A stretch of DNA of 64,000 nt, taken from an uncultured delta proteobacterium. Lineage in GTDB: Bacteria; Desulfobacterota; Binatia; UBA9968. The stretch covers positions 224,001 through 288,000 of the forward strand of contig CAWFJP010000005.1 in the NCBI GenBank assembly GCA_963816145.1, written 5' to 3'. Numbering within the stretch: position 1 is the first letter of the stretch; each line of letters begins with the position of its first letter. The notes beneath the pieces were generated by a model. That model was not told the origin of the DNA. It searched no databases and was given only the letters and a program-made list of their open reading frames with translations. A program made the position numbers and the translations under genes. Positions 58,100-64,000 of this stretch are shown one piece after another.

Positions 58100-59404
58100 C
58101 TATTTTGTTGCCGGCGCGAATGGCTGTTGAATTGGCGGGCGTGCCAGCAAAATTAATAGCGAAGACGTGAACAGAGCGCAGGAAAAGATCGTAAACGACA
58201 AATTATAGCTGCCCGTGACGTCGTGCAAGAAACCGAAGAACGGCGCGCCGCTGGCGGCGAATAGGTTCGAGAAGAAGAGCGATAAGCCGCGCACGGTTCC
58301 CAAAGAATTCCGCCCGAAGAAATTAGCCCAGATCACTTCGCGCAGGACAAAACTCCCGGCCAATCCGGTGCCGTAGAGAAAAAATCCCACATAGGTTACT
58401 TGAATATTCTGACTGGTGATTGCGGTGATCAGTCCCACGCCCTGGATCAAAAACTGGACGCAGGAAACTTTTCTGATGTCGATTCTGTCGGCGAGCATGC
58501 CCCAGACCAGTGTGGAGCCGAGTTGAGTGACCGCAATCGTGCTCATGAACGAGGCGGCGATTAGCGGCGAATAGCCGATGTCGGTGACATAGGAGAAAAT
58601 GTGCAGATTGAGACCGGCGATGCCGACGCTGGCGATGCCGAAGGTGACGACCAGGAGCCAAAACGTCGGCAGTCGCAGCGCTTGTCCTCGCGTCCATGCG
58701 GCTCCCTCGGTTACTGTGGGTGAATCCACCGGCGCGTGATTCGTGACCGAAGTATCGGTGTTTGGGCCCGAGACGTCACCGTCGGGACGCAGTCCGATGT
58801 CTTCCGGCCGTCGGCGCACGAAAATCAAAGCCGGACCGATGACTAACAGCGGCGCAATGACGCCGAAAACAGCCCAGGTATTGCGCCAGCCGATTAGGAC
58901 AAACAGCGACGCGGCGCACAAGGGGATGCTAAACTTGGCGATACCCGTGCCCAGGTTGGCGATGCCCATGGCGCGGCCGCGCTTGCGCACGAACCATTGG
59001 GCAATGGTCACGTTGATGACCAGCGAACCCAAAAGCGCTTCGCCGGCGATCACTAGCGAGCAGCGCACCAAAACAAACTGCCAAAAGCTTTGCACCAGAC
59101 TTGAGAGCAACAAGCCGGCGCTTTCCATAGCGACGCCGAGGACGAGCACGCCGCGCCCGCCGTGACGGTCGATCCATGGGCCGAGCATCGGCACGATCAG
59201 CGCGGCAACACCGATCTCGAAAGTGCGGATCAGCGAAAACGCGCCCCGCGTCACACCCAACTCTTCGGTGATCGGTTTGAGAAAAATGCTCAGTGTGCTG
59301 GAAAACGCGAAGGTGCCGGCGATGTTGACGAGAATGCCGACGGCGACGATGTACCAGCCGTAGAAAAACTTGCCGTGGATTTGGTTGGTGGATTGGAAAT
59401 TCAT
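58100..59404 (-). CDS. MFS transporter (OFA/MCT-like)
   Basis: FYGWYIV, 'GPWIDRHGGR', 'WFVRKRGRAMG', ~12 TM segments. Confidence 0.85.
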   Translation of the reverse strand: MNFQSTNQIHGKFFYGWYIVAVGILVNIAGTFAFSSTLSIFLKPITEELGVTRGAFSLIRTFEIGVAALIVPMLGPWIDRHGGRGVLVLGVAMESAGLLLSSLVQSFWQFVLVRCSLVIAGEALLGSLVINVTIAQWFVRKRGRAMGIANLGTGIAKFSIPLCAASLFVLIGWRNTWAVFGVIAPLLVIGPALIFVRRRPEDIGLRPDGDVSGPNTDTSVTNHAPVDSPTVTEGAAWTRGQALRLPTFWLLVVTFGIASVGIAGLNLHIFSYVTDIGYSPLIAASFMSTIAVTQLGSTLVWGMLADRIDIRKVSCVQFLIQGVGLITAITSQNIQVTYVGFFLYGTGLAGSFVLREVIWANFFGRNSLGTVRGLSLFFSNLFAASGAPFFGFLHDVTGSYNLSFTIFSCALFTSSLLILLARPPIQQPFAPATK

Positions 59405-59536
59405 TCGCTCGTCCGCGGGCTGACTCTCGTCAAATCACGACTCGCCATCAAGTAATCTTCTTACGCGACGCAGCTTGCAAATACCAATTGGCGGCCATAA
59501 AAGTGGCTGAGTCAAAGAGTGATCTCGGAGTTGCTC

Positions 59537-60613
59537 ATGCTGATTCTTTCCAACGAGGATATCGAAAAGATCCTTCCAGTGGGCGCGTGTCTCGACGTGC
59601 TAGAAGAGGCTTATCGCGATCTTGGTAACGGCCTGGCGGCGACGGTGCCGCGCTATGATGTCTTTAGCCCGACCAAACCTAACGAGTTTTATGAATACAA
59701 AACCATGAGCGGCGTGCTGCCGGGTCGCGGCATTGCCGCGCTGCGGCTCAACTCTAGCGTGGTCAAGTGGTACGAGAAGGCCGGCGGCGTGCGCAAGGAT
59801 AAATTGCCGGTTGCGGGCGGCGATCGCTACGTCGGCTTGATTATGTTGTTCAGCACCGAGACCGGCGAGCCACTGGCAATCTTTCCTGACGGCTACGTGC
59901 AGAAGTTGCGCGTTGCCGGCGCCAGCGCGATTGCGGCGCGTTATCTGGCCCGCAAGAATTCCACCACCATGGCGTTGCTCGGATCGGGTTGGCAGGCGAG
60001 CGCGCACCTGGTCACGATGGCGATGGTCCGAGACTTGAAGCAGGTCCGGGTGTTCAGCCCGACACCGGAGTCGCGCCGCAAGTTCGTCGATGAATGGCGC
60101 GGCAAGGTGAAGGCGGAGCTGATCGAATCTAGCAGCGCCGCCGAAGCGATCAAAGACGCCGACATGGTGATCGCGACGACCAATTCGATCTCGGCCCTGT
60201 TTCCCGGCGAGATTTTACAACCGGGCATGCATGTGTCATGCGTCAAACCTTGCGAGCTCGATGCCGTGACTTATAAGCGGTCTGATCCGTTGATTATTCA
60301 CTGGCACGAAGCCAAACCGTTTCAGATCACCATCGGTGTCGATCCGCAGTCGATTCCCGACGTGGCGGAAGGCTGGCACCATCCGATCACAAGGGAGGAT
60401 TCAGCGATCTGGGATTTGCCGACGATCTCGCAATTGGTCAATGGCCAGCATCCGGGACGAGTAAAAGACGATGCGATCAGCTGTTTTTGCAACAACGTCG
60501 GCCTCGGCCTGCAGTTCGCGGCGGTCGGCAGCGAGGTGCTGGCGCGGGCGCGAGAAGCGCGGGTGGGACGGGAAATTCCCACGGATTGGTTTTTGGAAGA
60601 TGTGCATCCTTAA
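59537..60613 (+). CDS. Ornithine cyclodeaminase/mu-crystallin family protein (paralog 2)
   Basis: TGEPLAI, LRVAG, LLGSGWQA, VFSPT, GLGLQFAAVG. Confidence 0.85.
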   Translation: MLILSNEDIEKILPVGACLDVLEEAYRDLGNGLAATVPRYDVFSPTKPNEFYEYKTMSGVLPGRGIAALRLNSSVVKWYEKAGGVRKDKLPVAGGDRYVGLIMLFSTETGEPLAIFPDGYVQKLRVAGASAIAARYLARKNSTTMALLGSGWQASAHLVTMAMVRDLKQVRVFSPTPESRRKFVDEWRGKVKAELIESSSAAEAIKDADMVIATTNSISALFPGEILQPGMHVSCVKPCELDAVTYKRSDPLIIHWHEAKPFQITIGVDPQSIPDVAEGWHHPITREDSAIWDLPTISQLVNGQHPGRVKDDAISCFCNNVGLGLQFAAVGSEVLARAREARVGREIPTDWFLEDVHP

Positions 60614-60656
60614 AAATTTTCGTTCAAGGTTCAAAAGTTCACTGTTCAAGGTCGGA

Positions 60657-61646
60657 ATGGTGGATTGCGTTGTCGCTGCTCTTTTTATGTGGCTGGCGTT
60701 TTTTGTCTATCCGGTTGCCGCGCAAACGTTCAAGCTCAAGGTCGCTTATCCGACGACGGTGGGGTCGATGGCGGTGGTGTGGGTGGCGAAAGAGGCGAAA
60801 CTATTCGAAAAGCATGGCTTGGAGGTAGAGTTGATTTACGTCGCCGGTAGTTCCCGGGTGGTGCAGGCGATGTTAGCGAAAGATATTCCGATCTCCGAGA
60901 TCGCGATCCCCGCCGTGATCCAAGCCAATCTCGCCGGCGCTGATCTCGTCATGCTCGCCGGGCCGAATCATAAGCCCGGCCAGAAAATCATGGTCAAGCC
61001 GGAGATCAAGCGGAGAGAGGATCTGAAAGGCAAGAAGATCGGCATCACACGCTTTGGCACCTCGGATGATTTTCTCTTGCGCTACGTGCTCGGGCAGTGG
61101 GGTCTGCAGCCTGAACGGGATGTGGCGTTGATCCAGATGGGCGGTTCGCCGGAAATTCTCGCCGGCCTGGCATCGCGCGCCGTCGACGGCGGCATGCTGT
61201 CGTCGCCATTGCATCTGCAAGCCCTGAAATTTGGTTACAGCCTGCTAGCTGACTTGAGCGCCATCGGCGTCGATTATCAGGGCGCCGGCGTGGTGACGAC
61301 CCGGTCGTACCTGCGCGAAGCGCCGGACACGATGCACCGTTATCTGCGCGCTTATATCGAAGGGCTGCATCGTTTCAAAACCGACAAAGCCTTCGCGGCA
61401 AAAGTCATCGGCAAATATTCGCGCATGACGGAGCCGGAGGCTTTGGAAGAAACTTATCAGCACTATGCCGTCAAAGTGATGCCGCGGGTGCCGTACCCGA
61501 CGATCAAAGGCATTCAAATGGTCCTGGATGAGATCGGTACGCGCACACCGAAGGCCAAGAGTCTGTCGCCGGAGAGTTTCATCGACGTGAGCTATCTAAA
61601 AGAATTGGAGCAGGGTGGGTTTATTAAGAAGTTGTATGGCGAGTAA
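60657..61646 (+). CDS. Orphan ABC substrate-binding protein, NMT1/THI5 family
   Basis: 'LFEKHGLEVELI', 'DLKGKKIGITRFGT', 'FIDVSYLKELEQGGFI'; start uncertain. Confidence 0.85.
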   Translation: MVDCVVAALFMWLAFFVYPVAAQTFKLKVAYPTTVGSMAVVWVAKEAKLFEKHGLEVELIYVAGSSRVVQAMLAKDIPISEIAIPAVIQANLAGADLVMLAGPNHKPGQKIMVKPEIKRREDLKGKKIGITRFGTSDDFLLRYVLGQWGLQPERDVALIQMGGSPEILAGLASRAVDGGMLSSPLHLQALKFGYSLLADLSAIGVDYQGAGVVTTRSYLREAPDTMHRYLRAYIEGLHRFKTDKAFAAKVIGKYSRMTEPEALEETYQHYAVKVMPRVPYPTIKGIQMVLDEIGTRTPKAKSLSPESFIDVSYLKELEQGGFIKKLYGE

Positions 61647-62097
61647 CCTATCGGCCCAATGCCCGGCTCAACCGCTGGACGGCCACGGCGAGCTCGTCGA
61701 TATGAACGACAATGGCTCGCGCGACAGGCGTAAACCCGTAAAGCAATCCTAGCCGCGGTTCGGACTACTAACGCCAATGAATCGTTTACCCGGTCGAAGT
61801 ATGTCGCATGTGTGACACGAGCAGCAACGGTGCTGGCGAACGAGGGACTGCTGCCGTCGCGGGTAGCGAATCACTATGTGTGTAAGGCGCAATCGACGGC
61901 GTTGATTCAAATTGGACGCTAACGGAGAGCCAAGACATTTGTGCCGGTGGATGATTGAGCGGCGCTAAAGTTTCTTGGAATTCACGAAATTACCAAATGT
62001 TTTGCTTGGTCGACGGACGCGCAACCTTTGCGATCCGTCGATCGCTGCGAGTGCGACTATAAATCAAATTATTTTTTTGCGCCGCTCAATTATTTTA

Positions 62098-62126
62098 TTG
62101 ACAGGAAAAAATCACTTCCGTAAAGT
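62098..62126 (+). promoter_or_regulatory. Near-consensus sigma70 promoter
   Basis: TTGACA-17 nt-TAAAGT preceded by an AT-rich UP-like tract. Confidence 0.7.
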
Positions 62127-62132
62127 AATGGT

Positions 62133-62322
62133 CAGCAGGGAAAGGAGGTGGTCCAGACATGATTGATTTAAGTACTGGCTGTGAGGTGGCTGAGACTTAG
62201 GCTCTAGGCGGAATCTCTGATGGAGATTCGGGCCTAGAGCCTGGGAATCTCCCTCAGCCACCGCAGTGGCCCGCTACACCGGTTGCGCAAGCCGCCGTGT
62301 GTAGCGGGCCTTCTTATTTTTT
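62133..62322 (+). ncRNA. Putative small structured transcript with extended Shine-Dalgarno and a 13-codon ORF (62159-62200, MIDLSTGCEVAET)
   Basis: Promoter; GAAAGGAGGTGGTCCAG; long hairpin (GGTGGCTGAG/CTCAGCCACC, AGGCTCTAGGC/GCCTAGAGCCT, GAATCTC/GAGATTC); terminator. Confidence 0.55.
62268..62322 (+). terminator. Rho-independent terminator (probably also serving the convergent HEAT gene)
   Basis: GGCCCGCTACAC...GTGTAGCGGGCC followed by TTCTTATTTTTT. Confidence 0.75.
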
Positions 62323-63021
62323 CTGCAATATTTTGAGTGCCGCATCGGCGCTCTTTTTGATTTGCTGGTTGCCGCCTATGCTCGCTTCAGTGAGTGCTCG
62401 GAGAAATTCTTGATCCGCGGATCCTAGACTCGCCAAGGTCACGGCGACCGCGTTTTTTACGCGGTCGTCGGTGTCACGCAGATAACTTGCAAGGAGTTTC
62501 TGACGGACCGCGGCATCCACATCGCTTCTTAGCTTAAAACTGGTGACCGCGGCGACGCGCACTGTCGGTTCATCATCGTCCAATGCTTTCAGCATTGCTG
62601 CTCGACTCTCGCCGTCGCTCAAAGCTAAATCGCGCAAGCAATAAAGCGCCATGCGTTTTTGATTGGCACTGCCGCTTATGCATAGTTCAATCAGCAGTGA
62701 GACCACTGCGGGTTCTTGTTGCGCGATGCGCACCAGTAGCAGGCCGTTGGCCCAACGAATATCGGGTTCGCGATGATCGAGGGCGATGAGCAATGTGCGA
62801 AGGACAGCGCCTGAGGGTTGGCTTTGATGGCCGAGGACATAAGCGACCGGCCAATAGTTTCTGTGATCGGGTTCGTTGAGCCGGTGGTTTAGGGTGTCCC
62901 GGAGGCCCGCGGAGGTTTCCCCCAGGGCGATGAGCTTGTCGACGGCGGCGCGGATCGTCGGTTTGTCGGGATGATCGAGGGCAGTGATGAGATCGGCGAT
63001 CTCGCGTGAATCGGTTGCCAA
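62314..63021 (-). CDS. HEAT-repeat protein
   Basis: Repeats 'ALDHPDKPTIRAA', 'ALDHREPDIRWA', 'ALDDDEPTVRVAA'. Confidence 0.75.
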   Translation of the reverse strand: MATDSREIADLITALDHPDKPTIRAAVDKLIALGETSAGLRDTLNHRLNEPDHRNYWPVAYVLGHQSQPSGAVLRTLLIALDHREPDIRWANGLLLVRIAQQEPAVVSLLIELCISGSANQKRMALYCLRDLALSDGESRAAMLKALDDDEPTVRVAAVTSFKLRSDVDAAVRQKLLASYLRDTDDRVKNAVAVTLASLGSADQEFLRALTEASIGGNQQIKKSADAALKILQKK

Positions 63022-63052
63022 GAGCGAACTCCAGCGCGAGCGGGTAGCCGAA

Positions 63053-64000
63053 TTAGATTTCCAAAAACTGCGGACAGTCGGTCAGGTTGCGGTTGCCTTT
63101 GGGCCTAACTACCACGACGTCTTCCAATCGGACGCCGCCGACGCCTAAGTAATAGAGCCCCGGTTCCACGGTGACCACATGGCCGGTGCGCAGGACCGCG
63201 TCGACCGGGGCGATGCGCGGCGGTTCGTGAATGTCCAAGCCCAAACCATGGCCGGTGCCGTGAAAGAAGCCCTGCATGCGGCCGTTGATCCTGCCGGTGG
63301 GAAAGCCCCGGGCGGCGAACATGTTCAAAATATTCTGGTGCACTTCCTTACCATTGACGCCGTCGCGGATCTGGTCGTAGCCGATCCGTTGGCCGGCTTG
63401 CACGGTGGCGTAGATTTGTTTCAATTTTTCCGACGCCCGGCCGCGCACCACGGTGCGGCTCAAATCGCCGAAATAGCCATTGTGTTGCGAGCGCGGGAAA
63501 ATATCGAAGATGATCGAAGTGTTCGCTTTGATCGGGCCGGCGCCTTCATGGTGCGGATCGACGCATTGATTGCCCGACGAGATGATCGTGTGGCTCGGCA
63601 GCCAGCCTTGCGCCATGATCGTCGTATTGACCCCGGTCTTGAGCATCTCGGAAGTCAGCCGCAGACCGTTGAGATAGAGATACCCGTCGCGTTTGGTCTT
63701 GGTCCGTTTGAGCATGCGGATGCCGGCTTCCAAACCGAGACGGGCGATGCGCAGCGATTCGGTGATCTGTTTCACTTCAAGATTGTTCTTGGTCTCGCGC
63801 TGGGGCCAGAAGGGGTCGCGCTTGATCTGCACGCTGTAACCTTTCGCACGCAGTTGGTCTAACAATAGGGCGGAAAAATTTGCCGGCACGATGAGCGAGC
63901 GAATGCCGCGCTCGCGAAAAATCAAATCGACAATGTCGATCATTGCCGCCGGCGCTTTGCCGAGTTTGCGCAGTTTTTTCTGATAGAGCGACAACGACAG
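63053..64000 (-). CDS. Xaa-Pro peptidase (M24 family), partial (5' end outside window)
   Basis: DPH, IIFDIFP, YFGDLSRT, HGTGHGLGLDIHE, TVEPGLY, GVRLEDVV. Confidence 0.9.
   Translation of the reverse strand: MSLSLYQKKLRKLGKAPAAMIDIVDLIFRERGIRSLIVPANFSALLLDQLRAKGYSVQIKRDPFWPQRETKNNLEVKQITESLRIARLGLEAGIRMLKRTKTKRDGYLYLNGLRLTSEMLKTGVNTTIMAQGWLPSHTIISSGNQCVDPHHEGAGPIKANTSIIFDIFPRSQHNGYFGDLSRTVVRGRASEKLKQIYATVQAGQRIGYDQIRDGVNGKEVHQNILNMFAARGFPTGRINGRMQGFFHGTGHGLGLDIHEPPRIAPVDAVLRTGHVVTVEPGLYYLGVGGVRLEDVVVVRPKGNRNLTDCPQFLEI

Noticed and set aside
61650-62040. Long intergenic stretch as a possible RNA gene or ORF
   Set aside because: No tRNA cloverleaf, recognisable ncRNA motif, strong hairpin or credible ORF seen by eye
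62140-62158. Remnant of a 16S rRNA gene on the minus strand
   Set aside because: Similarity stops after ~17 nt; adjacent helix 45/44 sequence is absent, and the motif sits correctly between a promoter and an ATG

Overview
GC-rich, gene-dense bacterial chromosomal segment. Gene content (paralogous orphan substrate-binding proteins, amidohydrolase, UbiD, ornithine cyclodeaminase-like enzymes, deltaproteobacterial-type IclR) suggests a Candidatus Binatia/Deltaproteobacteria-like genome; this is an inference. No rRNA, tRNA, CRISPR array, prophage or intact transposase was seen. Housekeeping genes include trpEG with a Trp-rich attenuator leader, tldD/pmbA, bioB, pgeF, mltA, mlaC and a CDF transporter. 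Best candidates for undescribed biology: (1) a tight operon of Aas-like acyl-ACP synthetase/acyltransferase, a heme-oxygenase-like diiron oxidase fused to an enolase-superfamily domain, a GH3 amido-synthetase and a membrane protein (30200-37618); (2) an operon of three RoxA/MauG-like di-heme cytochromes c plus a GMC oxidoreductase (19092-27038); (3) a stand-alone ~180-nt transcript with a 17-nt complement to the 16S rRNA 3' end, a 13-codon ORF and a long hairpin (62098-62322); (4) about a dozen intergenic hairpins whose arms are built from 6-9-nt tandem repeats, one of which encloses a four-helix-bundle gene disrupted by nested miniature elements. Single-base indels in tldD and the oxidase-enolase gene suggest assembly errors. 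All product calls come from motif recognition by eye; no database searches were run.
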